Source of the DNA: Eledone cirrhosa
Lineage: Eukaryota
Reading direction: 5' to 3'
Assembly: GCA_964016885.1 (NCBI GenBank)
Contig: OZ024744.1
Span: 60,326,001-60,390,000 of the forward strand
DNA: 64,000 bases
A model generated the notes under the pieces. The model had not been told where the DNA came from. It saw only the letters and a program-made list of their open reading frames with translations, and ran no database searches. Position 1 is the stretch's first letter; each line of letters begins with the position of its first letter. The translations under genes and the position numbers were made by a program. Of the stretch, positions 10,613 through 24,254 are shown one piece after another.

Positions 10613-11090
10613 TAACAGATTAAAGTTTAAGCAAAGAATCACTGTTTTCACCCTTAACGGGATCTTCTGAAACTAACAAAGTCAATCTGTGAACGCAGAA
10701 GTGAATATTTCAAAAAACTTTGCAACCGGAGGAAGACAGGAAGACGATACTTTGGTTCGTGGAAACGTTCCCTGGCAAAGAACGGGAAAAAACGAATATA
10801 ATACGTCATTATTTTTAGCGGTGAAAAACAATTACACGCAAAGACAAAACCACGTTTATGGTATAAAAGAAGTCGTAGACTAATATTCTATTAGGTGGTT
10901 CATAGAGACGTTCTCTGGCAATGAACGGAAAAAACGAAGATAATACGTCATATGTGGAGCGTGGAGAATAATTGCACGCAAAGACAAAACCACGTAAATG
11001 GTATAACTGAAGTCGTAGACTAAAATTCTAACTAGGAAACCGAATGATTCTCGGCTTCAGAGTTAAGAATAAAGTAAATAAAATACAGAG
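10613..11090 (-). repeat. Direct repeat copy 1 of ~12220-12560 (with internal duplication); candidate Penelope pLTR
   Basis: Both begin aacagattaaagtttaagcaaagaatc and bracket a Penelope ORF fragment. Confidence 0.65.
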
Positions 11091-11295
11091 GTAATTGAAA
11101 TTAAATAAATACATACACGCATCCAAATACGTACAAACACAAGCATACGCGAAAACACTCGCCATAGGTATACAAATACACGCACGTACAAAAAAAACAA
11201 AAAAACCGGCACGTGCATACAGAACCCACGCAACGCCTGTACCCGCACGCATACGAATGTATACACCAAATACACAAAAACATATATATAAAAAA

Positions 11296-11401
<106 letters not shown>

Positions 11402-11419
11402 ATACATATAATTAAATAA

Positions 11420-12217
11420 AGAATCTATTGGCAGTTAACCCTATGTAGGCCCTACGGGACGTGGGTCTTTCAACCTTACATTTGTAAACAATGTTACTAG
11501 AGAGGCATTTCCCGGATAGGGGGCAGTCAACCCGATTCCTACAATTACAGTTAGTTCTAACTACAGGTTTGCACGTGTTCCTACGGCTAGGTAATTTAGC
11601 TAAATTTGAAGCTGTGATGTAATGTGTAAGGTTAGGAGTCGTAGAGTAAGAAATTTTAATAGTATTTCTATTAAAATGTTACTATTTTTATGTGTAGGAG
11701 GAAAATGCTTCATAATAAGGGAGAGAAAGATCTTAGCTAATGGTGTGGCCACCTCCATATTATATGGTGGGTTATACCATATAATGCATCGGGATCTATT
11801 TCTTCTAGGTCTATTCTCGTAATCTGTATATGCTACCTTATCGACAAATCCACTCCGAGCAAGAGCTTCATTGTAATAAGTGGAATGGTCGTTGAAAATA
11901 TGCTCGTTTGTAGATAGACGGGAAAGCCTCAAAGAAACGTTTCTTACCAGGTTCCTGGTTATGCTGACAGGATGGTTAGAATGCTTACTTATGTAATTAA
12001 TCGTATCATTCGGCTTTCTATACGGGTAATGCAAGCCATTCGATAAATTGAGGGTAACATCGAGGTAATTAATGACCGAGAGGTTGGCCTCAATCTGTAT
12101 GGAGAGGTTGAAGCCTTTAAAGAAGGCTGTGAGTTCTTTTCTGAACCTGTCGCAAGCACGTGGGCCGCACTTAGTCATGGTCAAAAGACCATCATCACGG
12201 TACAAACCACCACCCAA
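11420..12217 (-). pseudogene. Penelope-like RT C-terminus + GIY-YIG endonuclease fragment
   Basis: LYRDDGL, NYLDVTL, YRKP, SNHP, IIWYNPPY; after a frameshift CNCRNRVDCPLSGKC..IVYKC...YIGLT. Confidence 0.88.
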
Positions 12218-12219
12218 AG

Positions 12220-12560
12220 AACAGATTAAAGTTTAAGCAAAGAATCTCTGCTTTCAACACTAACGGGATCTTCTGAAACTAAAAAATTCAATCTGTGAAC
12301 GGAGAAGTAAATATTTCAAGAAACATTGCAACCGAAGGAAAAGAGAGGAATATGATATTTTGGTTCGTAAAGACTTTCCCCAACAATGAACGGAAAACAA
12401 GCAAGGATAATACGTCGTTATGTGGAGCATGAAGAACAATTTCATGCAAAGACAAGACCAAGTTTATGGTATAAATGGAGTCGTTAGACTAATGTTCTAT
12501 TTAAAATAATCGAATGATTTCCATCCCCGGAGTTTAAGAATGATGTAAATAAAATTGTAA
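12220..12560 (-). repeat. Direct repeat copy 2 (see 10613-11090)
   Basis: Colinear, diverged copy. Confidence 0.65.
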
Positions 12561-13161
12561 ACGAAAATGACAGAGATTATTAAAATAGTAAAAGTAAATA
12601 GTGAAGAGTTAGGCCAGTACATACGTATGTGCCGACGGACATACACATGCATACGCACACACAAATACATACACACAAATACACAAACGCACTCACAAAC
12701 ACGCGAGCGAGCGTGCGTATGCGTGTGTGTGTGTAAACCTTATGCATTTCTACAGCATTTTCACCAAACTTAAGACATAGGTTACTTATGTACTCCGGAT
12801 GGTCATGGACACTTTCATTTTTCCAGATATTGATTGTAGGGTCTCCCGGCAGATAACCCCCTTCAACCACTTCCTTGGAGTCGACTGAAGCACTGCAGTG
12901 CAATGCAACAAAACGTCATAACTTCTGGAGTTCGCAACCGATTTTCACAAAACTTGATACATGGGCTACGTTTGTTCTACAGATGAATGTGAACTCTTAG
13001 AATTGGCACATATTGAGTAGGGGACCCCTGGGGGGCAGGAACCCCCTTTTGGAAAAAGCCGATGATTTTGTAAAAGTATAGTTTTCGAAGCAGCACAGAA
13101 GTATTGACATAAATGGTATACATAACTGCTATTTAATACCCGAGCAACGCCGAGTACCTAG

Positions 13162-13300
13162 TTTTAGATAAAGTGTTATATTGTTTTAATCCAAATGAAA
13201 ATAAAAATTACCTTGTAAAATTTGATTTGATTTGGTCAAGCCATTTGAGAATGCATAAGGTAACAGACAGACAGACAAAGAATTTTATATAGAGATAGAT
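13162..13300 (-). mobile_element. 5' end of a minus-strand Helitron-like element
   Basis: Similar to 63835-64000 (aaagtgttatattg..ttggtcaagccatttg..acagacagacaaagaattttatata). Confidence 0.65.
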
Positions 13301-13529
13301 ATATATAGTTCAGTCCAAGCCAACCCATTTCATTTCAATCCACTCCCTCTCACACATGAATTCAAGTATATAAAAAACTATGTTCTATCTATGTTCCATC
13401 ATTCAACAACCATTCGTATTTACAAGCATTGAAATTTTTCGTCATGTTGTAACATGGCCTATTTGGACATTTTATTTACCCTGTTTCATGTCCTGTTATA
13501 AGTTCAGTTAAGACACTAATTCAGTTACC

Positions 13530-16403
13530 TCATTCTATCTCCCTATTCCCTCCCACCTGCCTCACACACCACCTTACCCTCACAGATCAACCAAACCACA
13601 GCAATAACTATATACCTTGACTCACTGTTCATAACATTAACTATTAGTGATACTATCATTCTTATTCTTCTTGGAGATTTTCTTTTGTTAATTATGGATG
13701 GACTACAATGATGGAGCAACCCAAAATATGAATATGAATCCACGCGTTCCTGAGTGACCAAGCAAACCTTTATTTCAGATACAGAAAGCAAGCAACCACC
13801 TCCACAAGTATCCACCCTCATCTTCCTTCTCTGACTCTTATGGCAAACTTCCAAACTTCAGGACTGGCACCACTAATTTGAGCACAATGAAAGGAATAAC
13901 AGTTGAGGTTGTAGAGATGTTATAGCAAAATAAAATTGATGGTGCTATGTGCAAGAGACTAGATGGAGAGGAGAATCAGCTAGACCCCTTGTTGGCAAAA
14001 AACAGTGCTACAAATTTTTATTGGTAGGCAATGACAATGGGCTGAGTGGAATAGGGATTTTATTAGCTGAAAAATGGGTAGATAAAGTAATCTCAGTAGT
14101 TTGAGTGAACAAGAGAATCATTAAACTTAGACTAGTCTTAAATAGAACAATGGTTTCAATTATATCCACATACACACCTCAATCTGTGTTGTCAAATGAA
14201 CTGAAAGATAAGTTTTATGAATCCCTAATGTACATTACTACCCAAACAAATGGCAGTTACTTCCTAATCATTGCAGGGGACTTTGATGGACACATTGGCC
14301 AACACTGTGATGGCTTATACAGAGTCCATGAAGACTACGGGAAACGAAGATTTCAGACTTCAAGAATTTTGTGACACCAATGATCTATCTATATGCAACA
14401 CAAACTTCATAAAGCCTTACAACCACCATATCACCTGTATATCTAGTGAGCATGCTAGTCAGATAGACTGTATCCTTACCAGAGGACAAGATACAGTGAC
14501 AGCTGTTAACACAAACTCTTTCCCTAGGAAGAAATGCACCACCCAATATAACCTAGTAGTTAACAATTTCATTGTTAGGGTTAGACAAACTTGGAGACAG
14601 AAGGCAACCAGGAGGAGAAGGGTATGAAAGGTAAAAGAACCCTCAGCCAGTAACAAATTCAGAGGTATTTTCTTTGATGCTTACAACAGTAAGGAAGAAC
14701 ATTTAATATAGAGGAGCATTGGGAGTTCCTGAAAGATAATCTGCTAAAGGTGACAGAAGAGATCTGTGGATAGAGCAAGGGTATAGAGAGAAGGAGAGCA
14801 GCTTGGTGGTGGAACAGTAAGGTAGGTAGATGAGACATTTAGGGCCAAGAAACAGGCATGAAAAAAAATGGAGGAATAGGGGAGGCAGGGCACACTACCT
14901 GGAAGCCAGGAAGGAAGCTAGATGACAAGTATACATTGCAAGGAAAGAAGCAGAAGATAAAAAATTTAAACATGCTTTGCAGCATGAAGACCAGTGGAGT
15001 GAGCTGTTTAGGATCGCGTGTTACGGGAAATTGTGATGTCATTAGAGAGAAGCACATCTGAGATGATAAAGGTGCACTTACCCTCATGGACACTGAAAAG
15101 AAAGTAGCATGGAAGAGCCATTATGAAAGATTACTGAGAAGAATGCATGGGAGCAAGATGGCAAACCCCAAGTAGACTCAACAGAGGGTTCAGCCATACA
15201 AGTCAGCAGCAGTGAAGTAAGGAAATTAAGGATATGCTGAAAGCATCTGGGATGGTGGGTTACACCTTAACCACTTTTATTGTAAACCAGGTAATACTAA
15301 ATGGTGCCATACCAAATGGTTGGCATAGCAACATCATTGTCAACTGCTACAAGGGTAAAGGAGATACACTAGATAGAGAAAACTATAGAGGCATCAAGTT
15401 GATGGACCAGGTCATGAAGGTAACAGAAAGAGTTATAGCACAGTTGATTAGGGACCAGGTTAACCTAGATGAGATGCAGTTTGGATGTGCCAGGTAAAGG
15501 TACTACTGACACTCTCTTACCTTGTGAAGTAACTACAGGAGAAGTGCTTAGCTAAAAGTACCCCCCCACCCACCCACCCACCCACACACACACACACACC
15601 TGACATTTATTGACCTAGAGAAAGCTTTTGACAGAGTCTTAAGAAAACATGGCCAAGAATCAAAGGGTTTTAAAGTCAACCTGATAAAATTAAGGTCTAG
15701 TAAATAGAAGAGAAAACAGTGCCTTAATTCCCTCAGGGAAATGGCCAAGTTCAGTGTGCAGGAAAAGCAGAGGTAGGAATTCCATCTTCTGTCCCAAATG
15801 CAAACTATGGGTACACAAGAAATGTAGTTGGACCTCATGTAGGTACGCTAAGAAAATAGGTTTTACATGTGGCTGTTGCACAGGAGCAGTAAGCACCAAA
15901 TGCCCACAGGAGTAGGAAGACTTGGGATGAGGTGATAAAAGCTTACCTTACACAATTGCACCTTTCAAAGGTGATAACACTAACCAAGATCTCTGGCATT
16001 ATGCAGTAATATAGAATACCCGCCTTCCCCCATGCACAGGTTGAAACATACATTTAGCATGCACCTTCACCTCCCATGTCCTAACACCCCACCCATGCCC
16101 TAATACCCCAACTCTCACTCACATCACTGTATAGTGATCGTTTTGGTGCCACTGGAGCTCACACTGTAAAGTGGTCGTGTTGGTGACATGACAAAAAATG
16201 CCCAATACACATTGTAAATGTGGTTGGTGTTAAGAAGGACATCCAGTCATAGAAACTAAGCCAGAACTAGTTCTTTATGAGCAAGACATAGTCACCTGAT
16301 CTGACTTGTCTCACAACTGGACAACACATCTAACCCATACTAGCATGGAAAATATGGACATTAAATGATGATGATGATGCTGACGATGACGATGACGATG
16401 ATA
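13530..16403 (+). mobile_element. RTE LINE subfamily A, degenerate, internally deleted
   Basis: APE motifs (AGDFDGHIG, EFCDTNDL, QIDCIL), NYRGIKL, 3' UTR and (GAT/GAC)n tail. Confidence 0.88.
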
Positions 16404-16404
16404 T

Positions 16405-16760
16405 ATATCAGGTTCCTATGACTGGTACAGTCAATCAATGGGGTGTCACTGTAGAAATTTTACTGTGTTCATTTTGGCATTTCAGTGGACCTTAGAAATG
16501 CTTGGAAGTACCCATCCCCTCTCCAAGCATCCAGTTCCTCACTAAGTTTGATCTGCCACCATAAACAGTTATCAGGGTATGTTTCAAAATGAGAGTCCAA
16601 TGAGAACAAGTATACAAGTCCATGCCTAAGGATGCTGCTGCCAGATGTCAAGGTATTCTCTCTAGCTGAACACCATGGTTTTGAGATAATGTTTTTTTCA
16701 AATCCTGGATAACAGCAGGACTGATACTGCAATAATGTTTCTTCAAATCCTTTCACTATA
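16405..16760 (-). mobile_element. Possible old RTE-like LINE 3' end
   Basis: Weak resemblance to an RTE ORF C-terminus and 3' end; heavily decayed. Confidence 0.3.
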
Positions 16761-17054
16761 TTTTCAAAGGAACATTAGATAATGCTACTACATACATTAC
16801 TGAAATAACGTTTCTTTAAATTGTTTCAGTTTACTTTCATAGAAATAGTGGGTAATGGCATGTCCAGTTTTGAAAAAATGATTCTTTAAATCATTTTGAT
16901 CTAGAAACATTAGATAACACTATGCCTAGACTGAAATAACATTCCTTTAAATTGTTTTTTTCTCTTAGAGATAATATATCTTTAAATCATAGAAAATGAT
17001 ATATTCAATATTGAAATAATAGTACTTCAAATTTACTTTACTCTATTTTCAAAG

Positions 17055-19215
17055 CAAGCTGCTGCCTTCATCACCATCTCATCCCACAAGGTTTCCATCT
17101 CCACTTCCAACTCACAAACTACTCATCCCTCACTGCTGTGCCCATCCTCACTCATTCCTCCCACCTTCTTATGAACACCATCTTTCAATCTACCCTCTCC
17201 CAGATCCACATTATAGACTGGCATCTTCCACAATACTTTCTCCTTCTCTGTTCCACCTGTCACTCTTTCCTCACACATTCCCTCTTACTTTTCATACAAA
17301 ATCTTAACCAACAACTCTTCCACTTCCTAACCTCCACTAAAGTTCATAAGCTACATTCTCTCCTTCCTTCTGCCCTTGCATTTACACACACACTTTCATC
17401 TCCATATCTTTCACCTCCACACCTTTCCATCCCCATTTCTCAACTGTCTCCCCCACCCACATCTGACCCTTTTCCCACTAATCCTCCCAATCCCACTCTG
17501 CCCTCTGACCTTCTGCTGTCTGGTTCCGAGCATTCACTCCTCAACAGAGGTCTGCGTTTCATACCCCTCTCGCCTTGTAGCGACAAATTTCAGACCCGCA
17601 CAGACATTGAACAGTTCCTGCGCCACACCAAATTGCACGCGCATTTTCAGGGCAACCCCAGCTCCGAATCTCTTTAGACACCTTGATGATGAGGTTCGGC
17701 AACCATCACATTGGACACCGTCTCCTAGACAATTCAGTGCCCTAGATAGGTTCATTGATGCCTGCCATTACACTGTGATCAGTTTCAATTTTCGTTAATG
17801 ATACAAATGATGCAACATCTCCCAGGCTGAACTCGCCGCTCTCTTTTCGCTCTGTGACCATGATGACATCATCATTAAGCCAGCCAATAAGGGTGGTGCT
17901 GTGGTCATGTGGTGCACGGATCTCTACAAAATGGAGGCTTATCGGCAACTCCAGAACCCTCTCTTCTACCACTTCCTTGTCACCGATCCCACTCCAAAAT
18001 ACCAGCAACAAGTCAAATCTACTATATGCCAGCTCGTCGCTTCTTCTCTTCTCCCCCCCCCCCCCCCCCACTGGCTACCAACCTTATTGTGCACACTCCA
18101 CGGACTTCCACTTTCTACTTCCTCCCAAAATTACACCACCCTGACAACCCCAGCCACCCCATCATCTCAGGGTGTAATTGCCCTACTGAACTTGTTTCGG
18201 CCATTCTTGATACCGTTTTATCCCTCTAGTAGCTAACCATGCCTTCCACCTCTTCAACTCCATCTTCCCACATGGCTCCCCTCCCCTACTCTTCACCCTT
18301 GACATCAAATCCCTATACACTGTCATCCCCATATCGAAGGGGTCTCCTGGTCCTGCAACATCCTGTGGCATTGCATCTCCTGGATCCCACTCCTGTTCCT
18401 GACCCCACCGACATACATGCAGCTTTATCTCCCACACCACCACCCTTTTCCGTCCCAATGACTGGTCCTTCCAGGTTAGAGACTTCTTCAGCTGCATCTC
18501 TACCAACCTTGTCTATGGGCTGTGCTGTACTCTGAGCACAGCCATTTACCTTGGTCAAACTGACCGTTGTCTGACCAACAGATTTGCTGAACACTTTCGG
18601 GACATCCAGGTCACTAACCCGACTCCAATCTTCCAGCATTTTCGATCCGCTGGCCACTCCACACACCACATCAGTGTCTTTGGGCTCGTACATTGTACCA
18701 GATCCTATGACTCGTGCTAGTGGAGAGAACAGCAACTTATTTTCTCCTTACAAACTTTTTTTCCCCCAAACCTCTATGTGCCACCCATCTTCCTTTAGTC
18801 TGCTCTGTCATATTCTCTCTATCATACACTAAACTACGTCCTTTACCCTATGACACATACTCATTAATACATACAAGCTTATACATATCACAGTTAGATA
18901 ATTTACACTTTACAATATAAACTTCAACATACATACACACATTATAATTTAAACATATACTTACACATATAACAACACTAATACACACACACTCCACTTT
19001 GCGTTCCAACTCGTTACCAAGATTACCTAATGGTTGTCTTGTTTTCACTCTTCATTTTTGAAATTTTTTTTTCTTTACTTGGACCTCCTTTATTTCTGTT
19101 TCTCCTTTGTGATCCTGTCTCTAATTTGTACTCCTGAAGGGTTTAAGCCCAACATGTCAACTTTCTTTCCTCTTTTCCATATAAAGTGTGAAACTAATAA
19201 GGCTTTTTGTACCTC
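17055..19215 (+). mobile_element. Penelope-like element, degenerate
   Basis: LNRGLRFIP, IIKPANKGGAVV, FYFLPKLH, PIISGCNCPTE, TLDIKSLYT, GIY-YIG-like LVYG..IYLGQT; hammerhead-like remnant ~19131-19160. Confidence 0.85.
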
Positions 19216-19249
19216 TGTTTGTTGTCTCCTAGAACTATATATGTATATA

Positions 19250-19976
19250 TATCATCATCATCATCGTTTAAATATATATCATCATCATCACCATCATTAT
19301 CACCATTTTATGTCCATTCTTCCACACTAGCATGGGTTAGATGGGTTGTCCTGTTGTGGGCAGTGCCCAGTCGGCTGACTGTCTTGCTCGCTGCACGACG
19401 CCAGAGGTCACAGTCATGTGTCATCGCTTTTGAGAGGTGCAATTGGGTAAGGTCAGCTTTTATCACCTCATCCCAGGTCTCCTTGGGTCTCCCCACTCCA
19501 CGGTTTTCATCAACTTCTAGAGCTCTGCACCTTTTTATGAAGCTGTCATCCTTCATACGCATCACATGTCCATACCAATGTAACCTCCTCTCCTGCACAC
19601 AGCATTTGATTCCTCTGATGCTCAGTCTCTCTCTATTACACATCCATCAGAGCATGCAAGCTTCGTTTCTTTCTAATCTACGCAAGTCTTCTACAGACAG
19701 CGCCCAGGTTTCACTACCACGTAACATTGCTGTTCATATGCATGCATCATACAGTTTGCCTTTCATTTTGAGGGAAAAGCCGTTTACAGCTAGCAGTGGT
19801 AGTAGCTCCCTGAATTTCTTCCATTCCGTTCTTACCCTGGCTACTGTACTTTCAGAACACCTACCTCCGCTGCTAATCTGGTTACCTAAGTAGCAGAAGC
19901 TGTCTACTGTTTCTACAGAGCCCTCCCAGAGTTTGGTGGTGCTTGCTGTCTCGGTGCAGCTGCTACATGTAAAGCC
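19250..19976 (-). mobile_element. RTE LINE 3' fragment
   Basis: RRLHWYGHV, GRPKETW on minus strand; (CAT)n tail on plus strand. Confidence 0.9.
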
Positions 19977-21345
19977 TGTAGCAGTAAATAAATATATACT
20001 TACTTTGTAATTAAATGTATTTTCCTTCTGCGGAAGAATTATGTTACGGAGGTAAATTGGCTGAAGTGTGAGTCAATCAAAACCTTCGGCGGAGCGATAC
20101 AAGTTACTGGACTACTTAGACCAGATAACGTAAGTGAGAGAATTGAGTCTCCGGAAATACTTGCTCGCGTCAACACGTCAATTCTTCGATACAGATCAAC
20201 CTTTTCTTGTCGTTATACCAATTCCATGCTTATACCACGAATAAATGGAATTACATATTTATAATGGATTTCGTCATTATTTTATGCCTTCTGAATCTAC
20301 TAACACTTGCAGCCACAAATAATCTTCATTATAAATGGTGACCTGCCGACTTGAACGAACATGCAACAAATCATATTCGCAAACCAACAAGAAATAAACA
20401 AGCAGTTTCTAATATCACATCTACAGAGTTTTTCTTAAACTTCACTTCAAATTGTTTTGTCATCTTCAACAATAACAACAGAACACTTCTAGCTTCCTAG
20501 CTAGTAATGATAGCATTTTTGTACAACAAATATAAAAGAAAGAAAGAACACTGTCACAAAGAAAAGAAAAACTGAACGTTTTGTTGTTTAGAACAATTAT
20601 TTCATTATTATTATATTTTTAAGGTTGTATATGAACATTGATCTTTACTGTATCATTTGCCTGCATGCACAAACACATTTTGCATCGACATGTATTACAT
20701 CGAAATGCATTATTAACAACAAAAAGAAAAAAAAATTTATTGGTAAATTATTCCATGTACACAACATCGTACGTTATAATTTTTATTTTTTCACGGCGTC
20801 TCAAAATTTGAATTTTGCACATAAATCCTCCTGGATTCTGATTGGGTGACGCAATCTTCAAAAATTTGCCTGTATTCCGGAGCGTTACGAATGGCCATTA
20901 TACGTCTTCTGCTTTTGTTTGCCAGCCAATTTGATTTAGAGACAACGTTTTTTTGAAAAATATAAGAAAAAAATTTTTTTTTATTCTTAACATTTTCCTC
21001 TCTGACAACGAAACGTACGGTCAAATTTCTCGTTCTTTGAACCTGGAATTGCGCAGAGACTTCACGTGGATATTCACTGTCGCCGATCTGCCTTACCCTA
21101 TTCTAGGCTCGGATTTCCTGCACCACTATAACCTTTTAGTGGATATGTGCAGACGCCGGTTGTTAGATGCGAACACGAAACTGTCCGTCCCAGGTATGAG
21201 ATCGGCTGCCTCGTCTATCGGCCCGGTTTTCTTTATCACCGCTTCAGAAGATCCTTTTCAGGCGGTTACATTCCTTCCCAGAATTGACCAATTTAAATTT
21301 TATGATGAGTAAGCCTACTCACTCAACAAAACACTACATTGAGAA
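19977..21345 (+). mobile_element. CsRn1/Kabuki-like Gypsy remnant: 5' LTR 19977-20333, PBS, protease-region fragment
   Basis: LTR similar to solo LTR at 25156; TGGTGACCtgCCGAC at 20336 resembles a tRNA-Trp PBS; TYG..LNLELRRDFTWIFTVADLPYPILGSDFLHHYNLLVD. Confidence 0.8.
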
Positions 21346-21377
21346 GAGCCTATCAGATTATAGCACGAGGCACTCTG

Positions 21378-21752
21378 TCGAAGGCTTTTTCCAGATCAAC
21401 AAATGCCAGGTAGAGCAGCTTACTTTTAGCTAGGTACTCTTCCTGTAACTGCTTCACAAGGAAGGGGGCATCAGTGGTGCCTCTTCCTGGTACAAACTCA
21501 AATAGCATCTCACCTAGTTTTATCCATCCCTAATCAACTGTGCTATAACTCTTTCTGTTACTTTCATGACCTGGTCCACCAGCTTTATACCTCTATAGTT
21601 TCCTCTATCTAGTGCATCACCTTTACCCTTGCAGCAGTTGACAATGATGCTGCAGCACCAAGGTATGACACCCTCTAGTATTACCTGGTTAACAATATGT
21701 GTGGTTATAGCGTGATCTACCGACCCAGATACTTTCAGCATCTCAGCAGCTA
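21378..21752 (-). mobile_element. RTE LINE RT fragment (probably the same copy as 19250-19976)
   Basis: AEMLK, KGKGDALDRGNYRGIKL on minus strand. Confidence 0.85.
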
Positions 21753-21821
21753 ATCGTGTGTTGAAATAGATATTGTTATATTTGGGGAGGGTCATTTTGT
21801 CCTAATATTGCCAAAAATAGG

Positions 21822-23845
21822 CAATGTCACATTACCTACAGAGTTTGCCACAGACCATACACTGAACATCTACTATGAGTCTACGGCCAATGAAGAACAG
21901 CAATATATACTACAACTACCACCAAAGTTCACACTATACAAGATAAACCTAGCACAATGTTTGTCGGAAATTGAATAATCTTTCACTATATTTGTTGGAA
22001 TACGAACAAAAATAGCAACACAAACGGCAGTAATAATGGTTTCTTTATTTATTTATAATAATAACATTGAAAGTGGTAACATAGGAAACAACAATAACGA
22101 TAGATGTAGCAATAACAACAGTAATGGCTATAGAAATAACGAATATAAAAATTATAATAGTTATAACAATATCAACAACAATAGCAGTAGAAGTAGAATT
22201 AGTAACCACAATAATAGAAATAGCAGTATGGAGAACAAGTATAATAACAACAATAGATATAACAACAATAAAAACAACAATGACACCAATAGTACACACA
22301 ACAATAATGACAACAACAATAATGACATATTTAATAACAACCCCTTGGAGAACCTGTTCTTCAATCCGTCTGACAAAACATACAATATGAACAATATTTA
22401 TCCCACAAAATTGCCATTCAACAAAAGGGTCTGCATTCCACAACAGATAGACGATCAAAAAGGAGCACAGTTCACCATAGCTAGGAATAAACTTGAACAG
22501 ATAGTGAAACAATATACTAGGAGACAGAACAGATCGGAGGTCCAACAACTTGGAAGAAAACCTATAGAAGGCCTACATAGCCTCACGCAGTATACTAGGG
22601 ATGGTGAGGTAATGAGTCTACCTACAGACAAATTGGGTAGGATGTCAATAGACTGCATGCCAAACTACATCAAGGCTATGCAACCCCACGTCATCAACAC
22701 AAGTGAAACCCCACAAACACATGAGGAAAGAGAAAGGATCCACAACGCTCACATGATGATGTGGACTAACATCCTAAGACCAAACAGATGCATGGCCAAT
22801 AACTTCCAGGCCTCTAACAATGACATACTACCCCTGTATGGACTCTGCAAAGACCATAAAACAGATATTGACACTATAACAGGACCACCAACAAGACCTC
22901 TGTGCAGAGCTAATATAGCCAGCAACTAGAGGATCTACTTCCTCTTTATGATTGAACGCCCCATAATTAAGATGTACCCAGATGTATGTGACAGCACACA
23001 GGACCTCCTCAGCAGAATCAATGACTGCAACTACACTGAAGATCTGACAAACTACCTAATAGGCAGCATGGATGTAGTGTCCCTGTACCCATCCATTGAT
23101 GTTGATTTTGATGTGGGAAAATGTTTGGAGAAAATCAGTGAGAGTGAGGTAGAGTTCTGTGATGTTGACATGGATGAACTGGGCCTCCTACTTAGACTTA
23201 CATGTGACAATGAATATTTAAATAATTAGGAAGATGGAACAGATGGACCAAAGCCATACAGACACACGAGAACAGTGACGATTGCACATGCAGTAAGGGC
23301 TAGTATTAAAACTACTCTAAAGGGCCACATATTCAAATTTAAAAAAAAAAACATACACCCAAGACAAAGGAGCAGCATCAGCATCAGCAGAGTTGGTGAT
23401 GTTGGCAACCTATTTATGATATGGTGGAAAAGGAGACTCAAAGAACTCCATCATGTACTCTCGTTATGTAGATGACATTAATATAGTGCTAAGTTTAATA
23501 TCCTGATTGTGGAGTTAGTAAGAGTGATGAAAAATATGTCCTGCATGTGCGATCCAAGTGAACTAAAAGGATATGTACAACACTTCATCTATTGCATGCA
23601 GTTTTCTGGCAACAGCCAAAGAGTCAGGATCAAAATACAAGGCCCTCATAGGGATGAACATGAAAGGGATTTGTCCACTGTACAGGAGCAAATCTTGGAA
23701 TAGCATAGATAGGAAAGAGATAGGGAAAGCCAACTCATGGTATAACAACCAGGGATACCAGAGTGTCATGTTTGTGGATGGAAACCCTGGAGGTGAACTA
23801 GCTAGTTGATTCAGAAAGGCCTAAGAAAAACCTATTTAAATATCA
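21822..23845 (+). mobile_element. Penelope-like element (second family), degenerate, Asn-rich N-terminal tract
   Basis: PTDKLGR, PLYGLCKDHK, PPTRPLC, GSMDVVSLYPSID, YVDDI. Confidence 0.82.
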
Positions 23846-24254
23846 ACCTCTTCAGTGCCGTAGATGAGTTAACTCATCCTAACATGTTTGAACTCCTTTC
23901 CAACATTTCATAACTTCAAAGTTATGAACTCGTTTCCAACAGTCCATAACTTCAAATTTAGATGGGGTTACTAGTTTATTGATGTGACATTTGTTAATCA
24001 AAATATTCATTTTACTGAAAAGAAACCGACAGAGCAACTGTAGTTGTGTCAACAGGTTAAAATGGTAGAAAAGCCAGGAACTACCATAAAGTCCCTGCTC
24101 AGTAAAACTTACCACTTAAGAAAACTTGCTATACAAATAAGAAATGTCTCCATGGCATTGTTCCCCACTCCCTTCTGTATGCAGATATAAAGTATACTTC
24201 AGTCATATAACCAAAGTGGATTTTATCTAGTTTTCCTGCACTGTGGTGGATTCT

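Noticed and set aside
16469-16756. 95-aa minus-strand ORF as a host exon
   Set aside because: No recognisable domain or convincing splice sites; better explained as a decayed LINE end
22045-22548. Hydrophobic I/V/L-rich membrane-protein-like ORFs
   Set aside because: Antisense reading of the AAC/AAT tract
23845-24240. piggyBac-like MITE end (aacctcttcagtgcc)
   Set aside because: No matching second TIR or TTAA TSD found
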